Assembly (NCBI GenBank): GCA_963665815.1
Contig: OY762463.1
Span: forward strand, 992,001 to 1,056,000
Direction: 5' to 3'
DNA from: Candidatus Cloacimonadales bacterium
Lineage (GTDB): Bacteria > Cloacimonadota > Cloacimonadia > Cloacimonadales > JAIOQZ01
DNA length: 64,000 bases
Positions 19,749 to 29,762 of the stretch are shown piece by piece. The notes under the pieces were generated by a model, which was given only the letters and a program-made list of their open reading frames with translations, made no database searches and was not told where the DNA came from. The position numbers and the translations under genes were made by a program. The first letter of the stretch is position 1. Each line of letters begins with the position of its first letter.

Positions 19749-20738
19749 TTATTCTTCAATAATACTCCTGATCTGTCTTGACTTCTTCAGAATTTTTTTA
19801 AGAAGATCAATATCAATTGTCTGGAAACTGTCTACAGGTGTAGAATCGGGATCTATCTCTGTCTCAATAAGAAGACCGTCCGCTCCGGCAGCTGCAGCAG
19901 CATAAGATATAGATTCAACGAGAGAGCGTTGTCCGGTACTATGAGAAGGATCGACCAGAATAGGGAATCCTGTTTTAGCCTTAATTATCGGAATAGATGT
20001 AATATCTATCGTATTTCTTGTTGATTTTTCAAATGTTCTTATCCCTCTTTCACAAAGGATAATCTTGTTGTTTCCTTGTTTTTTAATATACTCAGCAGCA
20101 AGAATCCATTCTCTGTAGTTACTGCACATACCTCTTTTAAGAATAACAGGATTGTCAATCTTCCCAAGCTCAGATAAAAGATTATAGTTGAACATGTTTC
20201 TCGTTCCAACCTGTACAATATCGACAAGTTCAGACATCATTTCAACATCCTTCTCGCTGATAATCTCAGAAACAGTAATAAGACCTGTTTCTTCACTTAT
20301 CCGTTTAAGATACTCCAGTCCCTTCTTACCAATTCCGGAAAATGAATAAGGTGAAGTCCTGAGCTTGTATGCTCCACCACGGAAAAACTGAACTCCGGCA
20401 TCTTTCAAGGCTAAAGCTGTTTCAAAAAGTCTATCATAGTTATCAATAGCACAAGGTCCGGCAATGACTGTGAAATCATTGCGGCATAATTGTCTGCCAT
20501 TTATCTCTATACCCGAGTATTCATCTTTAATCAGTTCACTTTCTTCAAACAAAACTGTATCAACATCTTCATTAACTTCAATTCTATGAAATACCGGAAG
20601 AGGTACTTCCGAGGAAATACTTATTGTTTTCCTGCCATGAGTGCAGCCTCTTGTACAGACAATATCATTATCAGAGAATATATCTTCTATTCTTTTTAAT
20701 GCTTTTTCATTACTCTGTTTCTTTAAGATAATTATCAT
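19749..20738 (-). CDS. aroF: DAHP synthase, class I-beta, with N-terminal regulatory domain
   Basis: IAGPC, RGGAYK.RTSPYSF, GTRNM, LKRG, CERGIRTF, DPSH. Confidence 0.88.
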   Translation of the reverse strand: MIIILKKQSNEKALKRIEDIFSDNDIVCTRGCTHGRKTISISSEVPLPVFHRIEVNEDVDTVLFEESELIKDEYSGIEINGRQLCRNDFTVIAGPCAIDNYDRLFETALALKDAGVQFFRGGAYKLRTSPYSFSGIGKKGLEYLKRISEETGLITVSEIISEKDVEMMSELVDIVQVGTRNMFNYNLLSELGKIDNPVILKRGMCSNYREWILAAEYIKKQGNNKIILCERGIRTFEKSTRNTIDITSIPIIKAKTGFPILVDPSHSTGQRSLVESISYAAAAAGADGLLIETEIDPDSTPVDSFQTIDIDLLKKILKKSRQIRSIIEE

Positions 20739-21182
20739 CAATCTTCTCCAAAATCCACAAGATACATATTCAGACAACCGTATAATCGGAGTATTTTTTA
20801 CTTCTACTTCTGATATTATGCAAAGTTCCCATTTTTTACCAGATTATAGTTTTTGATAAATAAATCAAATTACACTGTCAACAAATATTATCTTTATTTT
20901 CCTGTTTGTATAGGAAACGAATTAATTTCAAAGTGTTTTATGAATGTCAGCATCTCATAATCCTAATGTGAGGATAAATTCAAAATCCTCAAACAATAGA
21001 TGTATGTACAAACAGCTTTCATCACTATATTGAACGATATTTACCTGTTAGCTCGGATAATCTACCAGATTAATATTTTCTGTAAAAGACTGATAAGATT
21101 TTACTTGACTTTAATATACATTTACAAGGACTTGAATGTATAAATTTATTCAACTTTTTGTTGGCTGTACAAAGGAGAATTT

Positions 21183-21599
21183 ATGACAGTTAATTTAATG
21201 CTGAAAATAGCTCTTCATGCTATTTCTATAGGTATTTCAGTATTGATCCCCTGGATTTCACAATACGTTGCCATTGTCGTCGGTTATCCGATAACTGGTA
21301 TTTTTAGAAAAATTACAAAAGCAAAACACTATCGTATTGATATCAGCTTCATTCAGATTATGAACTATATTTTCGATGGTTTGCTTTGCGTTTTTGGATC
21401 CTATATTATTTCAAGAATTTTTGAAATCAGATTTATGGTTTCCGTTGTTGTAATCGTGGGTATTTTCAGAATTGGACTCAATATATACAAGAATGACCTT
21501 GGAAGTGCTAACTCAGGAGAATTTCTGGAAGAAATTATTCACATGATTCTTTTTGTAATGGGATTAGTTTTCGGTGGAATGATTTTCCTAAGATTCTAA
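21183..21599 (+). CDS. Hypothetical integral membrane protein (about 4 TM)
   Basis: AGGAG RBS; hydrophobic segments. Confidence 0.6.
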   Translation: MTVNLMLKIALHAISIGISVLIPWISQYVAIVVGYPITGIFRKITKAKHYRIDISFIQIMNYIFDGLLCVFGSYIISRIFEIRFMVSVVVIVGIFRIGLNIYKNDLGSANSGEFLEEIIHMILFVMGLVFGGMIFLRF

Positions 21600-21689
21600 T
21601 CAATATCTAAAGCTTAACAAAAAAAATCTTTGACTAATTGATTTATTCATTAACTTATTCCTGTAATCAAAATATTGACTGGAGATATT

Positions 21690-22058
21690 ATGGATAAGAA
21701 ACCACGCTTAAAAAGAGATAACCTGATTGTTTATCCCAGAATCTTAAGTAAATCTGATAATGAATGTATTGGAGTTCTGGCTGATATTAATCTCACAGGT
21801 CTTAAAATTGTTTGTGAAAATAAACTTGAAAAAGAAAGTACTCTGGAAATTATGATTGAACTGCCCAGGAAAATCGGTGGAAATCAATATATTGATATCT
21901 CCGGAACTGTTAAATGGGCTGCTAAAGACATAAATCCTGACTATTATGCAATAGGTATTCTTTTTGATGATGTTTCTGTCAAAAACTCTAAGCTGATAAA
22001 CGTTCTTATTAACGACTATCACTTTGAAAACGAAATTAATCTCTATCAGGAAGACTAA
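21690..22058 (+). CDS. PilZ-domain protein
   Basis: RxxxR-like N-terminus, DIN.TG, G.VKW, GI.F. Confidence 0.8.
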   Translation: MDKKPRLKRDNLIVYPRILSKSDNECIGVLADINLTGLKIVCENKLEKESTLEIMIELPRKIGGNQYIDISGTVKWAAKDINPDYYAIGILFDDVSVKNSKLINVLINDYHFENEINLYQED

Positions 22059-22076
22059 TTTTTATAAATTTGTAGG

Positions 22077-22105
22077 AGCCTGTCGAACTAACGACAGGCT
22101 TTTTT
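22077..22105. terminator. Intrinsic terminator
   Basis: AGCCTGTCG-aactaa-CGACAGGCT followed by a T run. Confidence 0.8.
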
Positions 22106-23189
22106 AGTTACTCTTTTCAAGTAATTCTGAAAAAATCTCCATCATAAGCTTTCCATTGATTACATGAGCTCCATCAAATGTATATCGTTTTACATTATAA
22201 CCCTCTTCCCTGAATTTATTAAACGCTTTGTCGGATTCCCCATAATTCACAACCTTATCCTCGTTACCATGAATTATATGAACAGGAATCTTCGAAGCTT
22301 TTCTGAACTGTTTTTCCGTAAACAAATTTGTATCAAGAAATCCCCCCATAGGTATCATGGCATCAATGGTTTTGTAGTTACGTATACCATACAGATATGT
22401 TAGCCAGCCTCCCTGAGAAAAACCGGTGATAAAAGTTTTGTCACAGTTATATTTTTTTCTCACATCCTTCACAGCTTTTTCCGCATATTCAACCATTGTA
22501 TTCCTTGTTATATCAGCAAGTTCCGGCTTATCCCCTCCAAATCCTTCAGCCCAGGAATATCCAATATTCTTACCTGTCTTGAATGCATAAGGAGCCTGTA
22601 TTGTAAGGAAAACAACGTTATATTCATCAAACAGTTTTCCGATTTTTGAAAAGTTGTCAACATTGTCACCCCACCCATGAAACGCAACAACTAATGCAGG
22701 ATCAGTATCCGCATTGAAGCTTTTGCTTTCATATATCCTGCTCTTACAGTATATCTCTACAGGATAGTAAACTACTTCTCCAAAGGTTTTCTTTTCTGGA
22801 ACAAGACTTTTTATTTCTTCCACTGCTTTTTTAAATACATCAGTATCCCTGACTCTTTCAAAATCAGGATCATTCTCAATATGGTTAATATCGGTAAAAC
22901 CTTTTTTGTATGCCACCACAAGAAACTCTGCTGCTTCCTGTGGTTGATTATTCAAACCATAGCAACAGGCAAGATTGTACATATTCCCGGAATCATTCAC
23001 ATTCGCATCAATATACTCGCGGTATAGTCTAATCGCTTCAGAATAGTTCTTTTCGTTGTAAAACTGATAGGCAGATTTTAATTTCTCATTATAGTCTGTT
23101 CTGATTTTATCTACTAAATTATCTGCCTGAGCAAAAGAAATTGTTATTACTAAAAGCAGTGCAGATAGCATCCAAAAATTAGTTTTCAT
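22104..23189 (-). CDS. Secreted TPR + alpha/beta hydrolase (phospholipase/carboxylesterase)
   Basis: YNLACCY...DPDF TPR; HGWG, GFSQGG, HGNED, C-terminal His. Confidence 0.85.
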   Translation of the reverse strand: MKTNFWMLSALLLVITISFAQADNLVDKIRTDYNEKLKSAYQFYNEKNYSEAIRLYREYIDANVNDSGNMYNLACCYGLNNQPQEAAEFLVVAYKKGFTDINHIENDPDFERVRDTDVFKKAVEEIKSLVPEKKTFGEVVYYPVEIYCKSRIYESKSFNADTDPALVVAFHGWGDNVDNFSKIGKLFDEYNVVFLTIQAPYAFKTGKNIGYSWAEGFGGDKPELADITRNTMVEYAEKAVKDVRKKYNCDKTFITGFSQGGWLTYLYGIRNYKTIDAMIPMGGFLDTNLFTEKQFRKASKIPVHIIHGNEDKVVNYGESDKAFNKFREEGYNVKRYTFDGAHVINGKLMMEIFSELLEKSN

Positions 23190-23254
23190 ACGTAACTCCT
23201 TGTTATTCAAACTAGTATTTTCTAAAATGAATCTGTCAACAATATTATGCGTAC

Positions 23255-24192
23255 TTACAAGACTTTAAATTTATAAACTACTCCATTATCTAAAGAGTAA
23301 ATAAACGTATTTTCACCATCAAAACCCCAGCAGAAAGGAAAAAATAGCCTGTTGGGTAATCTGAAAATCATTTCGATCTCACCTGCCATATTGTATCTGA
23401 TGAGGGAGTATTCCAGTATCTGATTATCCTCATTCGGTTTAACGGCATTAGTAACTAAAACAAGTAAGTCATCGTCTATTCTGTGAGGAGCATTATGGGT
23501 CACGTAATCTGGATTCATCCCTTCTTCCAGTTGATAGTTTGTCTTTGTTCTTGTATCTCCATGGAACCTGTAGAAGAAACTATCTTCGGTGAAAGATAAC
23601 AGGATGTCTCCATCTATCAATAAGACATCATACACTTTCTTCCTGTTATCATCAATATCTTCCTCTTCGAACAAGTTTCCTACATCTATAACCTTTGTTA
23701 GTGAGTCATTATCAAATCTGTATATAGATGCACCGGGAAACAGAGGATGCGTGCACACATGAACAATTTCCGGACCTCCGAATAATAAAAACGGAGCAAA
23801 CTGTTTAACACTGTTTGAAAATTTGTAATTTTTATCAAAGAACTGTAATCTTCCATTCAGCATATCTGAAACAACGCAGCCATTTCCTGTGTCTGCAAAA
23901 CTGTTAGGCAACAGGAATTCACCCGGGGCACTGCCTTTTCCACCAAATTTGCTAATAAACTGCATGTTATCAGCATCGTATATCTTGATCTCATGAGACT
24001 CATCTGCAATATGAAGTTTTCCATCCATGATTGAAATAAATGAAGGATTAGAAATCATATAGCTGTCGTCTTCCTGCCATCCAAGAGAATCAACAGGACT
24101 TAAATGAATAATTTCAGCTTTGTATTTATATGAACAGGATGATGCTATAAATAGTAATATTAAGTATAGTGGAAAAAAAATACTTTTTTCAT
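23255..24192 (-). CDS. 6-bladed beta-propeller (NHL-like) lipoprotein; the natural start appears frameshifted in a T8 tract
   Basis: FGGKGSAPGEF..P; lipobox ASSC; GGAG-N6-ATG at 24192 is out of frame with the body. Confidence 0.7.
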
Positions 24193-24386
24193 AAAACTCT
24201 CCATTTTGTTTTGACATTAGCAGAATATTATGTATTAGCAAGTCAAGAAAATTTCATTACCCAATAAGTGATCATTCGAATTTTACTGTTTCTTATAGAA
24301 ATTAACTCGACATAATTTCTTAAAAATAATTTTGGTAAATTATAATATTCAGATAGTTTATAATAATCAGATAAAAGGAGAATATA

Positions 24387-25235
24387 ATGAAAAAAATTTT
24401 AGTGCTTTCTTTTCTGTTAGTAGCAGTATTTCTGCAAAGTGAAGGCTGGAAACTCAGTGGTACTTCAGGATTAAATGTGAATCAGAGTTATTACTCAGAT
24501 AACTGGGAATCTGGTGAATCAGGATCGTTTAACTGGATAGCAAACATTGATTTCAAAGCAGAGAAACAGATGCATGAAAAATTCCTCAGCAAAAATAAAC
24601 TTCTACTTGAGTTCGGACAAACTCATACTCAGAATAAAGATACTGACGAATGGGAAAAACCATCTAAGACAACCGATAACATAGAATTTGAATCGTTAGG
24701 TTTGTTTACTTTAAATTCATATGTAGATCCGTTTGCAGCATTTAAATTCAAATCACAATTTCTTGATGAAAGTGATCCTGAAGAAACCAAATCTGTTAAT
24801 CCCATAACTCTGACTGAGAGTTTTGGTGTATCCAGATTCTTCATAAAAAATGATATGCAGGAGCTTTCCAGTAGATTTGGCGGTGCGTTCAAGCAGAACA
24901 TCAATTCTCATGATGATATTGATAATACAAATAATGGTGGTCTTGAGTTTGTAACTGATTACAATATAACATTCTCTGAAAAAAATGCTGATTTCAAAAG
25001 CAGCCTTACATTATACAAAGCATTGTACAACTCTGAATCAGATGATCTTGAAGGAACTCCTGAAGAAGATTACTGGAAAGAAACAGATGTTGACTGGCAG
25101 AATACTTTAACATATAAACTGAACTCTTTCATCAATATTAAGTTCAGCACTCAGCTACTTTATGACAGAGAAATCAGTGCAAAAGGAAGATTCAAACAGA
25201 ATAGTTCCGTTGGCTTATCTTACAAATTTCTGTAA
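24387..25235 (+). CDS. DUF3078-like outer-membrane beta-barrel protein
   Basis: NQSYYSDNW..G, K..D, F.SQF, C-terminal YKF. Confidence 0.75.
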   Translation: MKKILVLSFLLVAVFLQSEGWKLSGTSGLNVNQSYYSDNWESGESGSFNWIANIDFKAEKQMHEKFLSKNKLLLEFGQTHTQNKDTDEWEKPSKTTDNIEFESLGLFTLNSYVDPFAAFKFKSQFLDESDPEETKSVNPITLTESFGVSRFFIKNDMQELSSRFGGAFKQNINSHDDIDNTNNGGLEFVTDYNITFSEKNADFKSSLTLYKALYNSESDDLEGTPEEDYWKETDVDWQNTLTYKLNSFINIKFSTQLLYDREISAKGRFKQNSSVGLSYKFL

Positions 25236-25581
25236 AGTTATAAATCAGCATAAATATTTCATTGGTGGTTTCATTTGCAGGAATGCCTTAATTTTTAGTG
25301 ACTTATTCTTAAAGGAAGATTTTACTTGAATTAGTATATCGTAACATACGGACATGTTATACTCAAATGCTTTCTGTTATTGGTCATGTTTAGAGATGTC
25401 CGTATCAATGGAAATTATTGAGATATGGACATAAATTGTTAGAATTTAAGGAACTATACATATTGACTGAAAACTTCATGTAAGCTATATTCAAGATTGA
25501 CATATTTTGCTGTTTACAAATATCTCATGATTTTTCTTTGTTAAAAAGGATAAATAGACTATACTATCAGAGGAGGTAGAA

Positions 25582-26058
25582 ATGAAAAAAATATTACTTT
25601 TATCACTTTTTGTTGTTTGTGTTACCGGTGCATTATTCAGCAGTACTGAGAACATTCAGCTTTCCTTGTTCAATCCTGTGCAGCTTCATCCTGAGTCAAC
25701 AGATATCAGGGGATTCAGGCTTAATATTTACGGGAAAAACAACAGTCTTACAGGTGTTGATTTAGGTTTCTTTAATCAACTTGGTAATGGGAAATCATTA
25801 GGTGTTCAATGGGGACTCGTTAATATGGTATCAGGTAGTTTCACTGGAGTACAGTTTTCCGAAGGTATTAACTACACAATTGACATGGAAGGTGTACAGT
25901 TTGGACCGGCTAATTATACTGAAAACATGCACGGAATTCAATTTGGCTTAGTTAACTATGCAAAATCCATTACCGGAGCACAACTTGGAATTCTCAACAT
26001 TATAAGTGATAACGGATTCCTGCCTGTGTGTATTATTTTCAATTTTGGAAATTTATAA
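25582..26058 (+). CDS. Exported repeat protein (LA_2272-like G.Q.G.VN repeats)
   Basis: QLSLFNPVQL, GFRLN, repeated GVQ.G..N. Confidence 0.75.
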   Translation: MKKILLLSLFVVCVTGALFSSTENIQLSLFNPVQLHPESTDIRGFRLNIYGKNNSLTGVDLGFFNQLGNGKSLGVQWGLVNMVSGSFTGVQFSEGINYTIDMEGVQFGPANYTENMHGIQFGLVNYAKSITGAQLGILNIISDNGFLPVCIIFNFGNL

Positions 26059-26074
26059 GATATTTTCATAATCT

Positions 26075-26362
26075 TTAATGATTGGAGTTCTTCGTTGCCC
26101 AATTCAAGGCTGATTTGAAAATTTTTGCAAAAATAACAATAAGTACTATTGCACCAATAATGAAAGAAAGCCCTATGAAATTGCTTGCTATAAGAAAAAG
26201 AACTCCAATCATTAACACAGGAAAAATAATCAAACCCATAATTAAACGAATCAAACATCCTGTAATTACAATTGAAACTTTGAAAAAAGCAACAATAAGT
26301 GAAAGACTTACAACAGCAAGTGTCATTGCAACTGCTAAGATCACAATTAATTCTATCATCAT
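26075..26362 (-). CDS. Small membrane protein
   Basis: GGAGG RBS; highly hydrophobic. Confidence 0.65.
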   Translation of the reverse strand: MMIELIVILAVAMTLAVVSLSLIVAFFKVSIVITGCLIRLIMGLIIFPVLMIGVLFLIASNFIGLSFIIGAIVLIVIFAKIFKSALNWATKNSNH

Positions 26363-26371
26363 TCCTCCATG

Positions 26372-27514
26372 TTAATTTACTGCTTCCGGTGTTAAAAATT
26401 TGAAACTTTCCTGTCTTCCGTTAATCATCTCAATAATTCCAATATCTCTTCTTACAATACTTCCCTTTGAGTCGATTCTGAATTTACCGGTAATCCCGTT
26501 ATAAGAAGTTGACAAAAGTTTTTCTGTTAAATCAACTCCTTCCGATTCGTGAGCTTTCATCAGGAACTTAAGGAAATCATATTCAATTGCAGGAGTATCG
26601 GAAACTAATTCGCTACCACATTTTTGCTGATACACTCTTTTGAACTCCCGTGTACTATTGTTATCAATCTCAGAATGATTTAAATATCCTGCAAAATAGA
26701 TCTTCCCTTGAAACAGCATTGATAAATCAATCATTTCCTTATATTCCAGTTTCGTATCACAATACAATGGGAGTCCCTGAGGAAGAACATCATTCAGATC
26801 CTTGATAATTCCTGTCAGTTTCCCCTTAGAAACAGCAACATAATAATTGTCAGGTTTGTTAGCCATAATATTGTACTCTTTTTTTAAAGAATATGTATTA
26901 AGGTTATTGCTTTTTACATCTTCCCTCAACATAACAGCTCCACCAATTTGAGTAAATCTGGACACAAAAGCATTTCCCTTCCTCAGAATATCTGAAACAC
27001 TTTCTTCAATAAACACCCAACTGTTCTTTCTATCTACAGCATATTCTGCAAGAGCATAAGTTGTTACAGTATTAGAAAGCTTGCAATAAAACACATTCCG
27101 GTAGTCTGAAGTCCTTCTTAATGGTTCTTCAAGCCAGGGAGTAAAAATTGGTATATTCATTTTTCGTGTATGAAAAGCTGCCTCTTCCAGCATCCATGTT
27201 TTGTCAAAACCATATATTAAATCTACTTTTTCAGAAATAATTAAACTATCCAATACAGACAGTAGCTTTTCTTTATCTTCTGCAACAGCTTTGTAAACTA
27301 AAACATCGGTATCAACAGGTGAGTTGTAGTACTCAGAAACGCCAATGTCGAATCCTCTCAGATATTCACATTTATTATCGAAGTTTTCTGAGATAACTAC
27401 CCCTATTTTCAATGGAGATTTATCTTCTCTTAGTAAAAAGCATCCTGAAAACAGCAAAGACAGCACTATCAGCAATACTAGAAAAAAGAGGATTCTTTGA
27501 TATATTCTTATCAT
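26372..27514 (-). CDS. Periplasmic-binding-fold lipoprotein (LppC / branched-chain SBP-like)
   Basis: Lipobox FSGC; KIGV; YNGITGKFRID..G. Confidence 0.7.
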   Translation of the reverse strand: MIRIYQRILFFLVLLIVLSLLFSGCFLLREDKSPLKIGVVISENFDNKCEYLRGFDIGVSEYYNSPVDTDVLVYKAVAEDKEKLLSVLDSLIISEKVDLIYGFDKTWMLEEAAFHTRKMNIPIFTPWLEEPLRRTSDYRNVFYCKLSNTVTTYALAEYAVDRKNSWVFIEESVSDILRKGNAFVSRFTQIGGAVMLREDVKSNNLNTYSLKKEYNIMANKPDNYYVAVSKGKLTGIIKDLNDVLPQGLPLYCDTKLEYKEMIDLSMLFQGKIYFAGYLNHSEIDNNSTREFKRVYQQKCGSELVSDTPAIEYDFLKFLMKAHESEGVDLTEKLLSTSYNGITGKFRIDSKGSIVRRDIGIIEMINGRQESFKFLTPEAVN

Positions 27515-27515
27515 A

Positions 27516-28793
27516 TTATCCTACTATCCTTCCGGCAAGATCGTAGTTCCAGGATTCATCAATATGAACATTTACAATATCACCAATATTCGCATTACCT
27601 TCCAATATATATACATATCCATCTATTTCAGGTGCATCATATTCAGAACGGCCAAGATACTTGAACTCACCATTACCTTCTTCTTCAATCAGAACTTCAA
27701 TCGTTCTTCCTACAAAGCTTTCAAGATTTGAAGCGGAAATCTCCTGCTGAATCATCATTAACTCGTCTTTTCTTTTCTCAGCAGTCTTGCGTGAAATTTT
27801 CTCCTCAAAATCAGCAGCAGGTGTATCTTCCTCTTCCGAATAGGCAAATATACCAACTTTATCAAATCTTATTTCTTCTATAAATCTTTTCAGTTCATTG
27901 AAGTACTTTCTCTTCTCTCCCGGAAATCCAACAATAAATGTTGTTCTGATTACAGCATCAGGAATCTCCGTTCTTAACTCATCGATCATTGACACAAGTT
28001 GTTCCTTAGTCGTCTTTCTGTTCATCAGCTTCAGTATTTCATTGTTGCAGTGTTGCAGCGGAATATCGAAGTAGTGACACACTTTCTGAATATGCAATAT
28101 CCTATGGAAAAAACCCTTATAAATATTAGCCGGGTGCATATACATCAGTCTGATCCATTCCAGTCCATCTATATTATTCAGTTTCTCAAGTAGATGAACC
28201 AGTCCATCTTCCTTTTTCTTGTCCCTGCCATACTGCATAATATCCTGAGCAGTTATTATCAACTCTTTAACGCCTTCTGAAACAAGACGTTCTGCTTCAG
28301 AAACAAGACTGCTTTCAGTCTCACTTTGTAGTTTACCTCTTATTGACGGAATAGAGCAATATGTACAGTAGTTTTCACATCCGTCACTTATTCTGAGGTA
28401 TGCTGTTTCTCTTCTTCCTAAAAGTTTTCTGCTGACAGATTCTTTTTTAAGATTCACAATATTTTTAATTTCCTCAAAATCCTTGAGCTGAACAATATGA
28501 TCAACCTCTTCTATTTCTTCTTTAAGATTATCCGCATATCTTTTTACAAAACAGCCCGTTACAATAAAAGTATCACACTTACCCGTTTCCTTGTACTCAA
28601 GTAACTCAAATATCGTGAGAATAGTCTCTTCTTTTGCTTCCTGAATAAAAGCACAAGTATTTACAATAATAATCTCAGCATCTTCAGGTTCAGTCGTAAT
28701 AATCATTCCTGCTTCGTGCAGAATTCCATTTATTAATTCACTATCAACTAAGTTCTTGGGACATCCCAGACTTTCAATGTAATATTTTCTCAA
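27516..28793 (-). CDS. rimO: Ribosomal protein S12 methylthiotransferase
   Basis: SLGCPKNLVDSE, NTCAFI, CxxxCxxC, APEIDG TRAM domain; TTG start with GAGG RBS. Confidence 0.95.
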   Translation of the reverse strand: MRKYYIESLGCPKNLVDSELINGILHEAGMIITTEPEDAEIIIVNTCAFIQEAKEETILTIFELLEYKETGKCDTFIVTGCFVKRYADNLKEEIEEVDHIVQLKDFEEIKNIVNLKKESVSRKLLGRRETAYLRISDGCENYCTYCSIPSIRGKLQSETESSLVSEAERLVSEGVKELIITAQDIMQYGRDKKKEDGLVHLLEKLNNIDGLEWIRLMYMHPANIYKGFFHRILHIQKVCHYFDIPLQHCNNEILKLMNRKTTKEQLVSMIDELRTEIPDAVIRTTFIVGFPGEKRKYFNELKRFIEEIRFDKVGIFAYSEEEDTPAADFEEKISRKTAEKRKDELMMIQQEISASNLESFVGRTIEVLIEEEGNGEFKYLGRSEYDAPEIDGYVYILEGNANIGDIVNVHIDESWNYDLAGRIVG

Positions 28794-28800
28794 ATGAACC

Positions 28801-29748
28801 TCAAACTTTCTTAAGCAATATGTAGTTTTTAAATTCTCCAAGGTATTTTCCACCGAAAAGATACTTCTGAATAAAAGATATTAATCTATACTTGAATCTT
28901 TCGTGCTTATGTTTTTTTCGTGTAGGATCCGGTGAACCTGAATACTGCAGCTTTTCTTTCCAATGGAACCTGCTTATCATTTCTTTCATTACAGCAGGAT
29001 GTGTACCTTTATAAATCCCAAGAAGATTCAGTGGACCATAATCAAATTCTCCCGGTTCAAGCTTGTAGTTCTTCTGGACTTGTTTCTTACCTTTATGCAC
29101 AGTATCCAATGCTTTTTTCTTATTCATCATGTAATGTGGAGGTCTCACCCATCCATAATGGAAGACTTCAGCTTCAACCCTTGCAACTTTCAGTTTATGC
29201 GTTCCTTCTTTCTGACGAGGATTATCGTAAAAATCAAATCTCCTGAAAGATTGAGCTGACTGATATGAATGAATATCAGGTCTGTTTCTAACAATCCTGA
29301 TCTCATTAGGATACCATCCATGGCCATCATGATAATGATCATAATCACCCCAGAAATGCTTATATCTGAACAATAATCCTTCTACTTCCTGATTATCAAC
29401 GAGCTCTTCACATCTTTTTTTTATCACGGGAAGATATTTTTCATGTATCACTTCATCAGCCTGTAGATAGAAAACCCAGTCACCGGAGCAGGCATCTTTA
29501 GCAACGTCCGTTTGGATTGCATTAATAATCCCACCTTTGAAGTACTTTTCTTCCCAAACTGTATCTATAATTTTTACTTTAGGGTCTTTTATCTCGGCTA
29601 TCAGCTCTCTTGTTGTATCATCTTCATCCCCTTTCCCTATTGCTATCACGAACTCATCGACAATAGGTAATATCGATTTTACCGATTCCACAATCGGATA
29701 ATACAGTTTACTTCCATTTCTAACCATTGAGAAACCGCTAATTTTCAT
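28801..29748 (-). CDS. Glycosyltransferase family 2
   Basis: ISGF..VRN, DEFVI, YLQADE, HYGWVR. Confidence 0.85.
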   Translation of the reverse strand: MKISGFSMVRNGSKLYYPIVESVKSILPIVDEFVIAIGKGDEDDTTRELIAEIKDPKVKIIDTVWEEKYFKGGIINAIQTDVAKDACSGDWVFYLQADEVIHEKYLPVIKKRCEELVDNQEVEGLLFRYKHFWGDYDHYHDGHGWYPNEIRIVRNRPDIHSYQSAQSFRRFDFYDNPRQKEGTHKLKVARVEAEVFHYGWVRPPHYMMNKKKALDTVHKGKKQVQKNYKLEPGEFDYGPLNLLGIYKGTHPAVMKEMISRFHWKEKLQYSGSPDPTRKKHKHERFKYRLISFIQKYLFGGKYLGEFKNYILLKKV

Positions 29749-29762
29749 TATATCTCCTAAGA

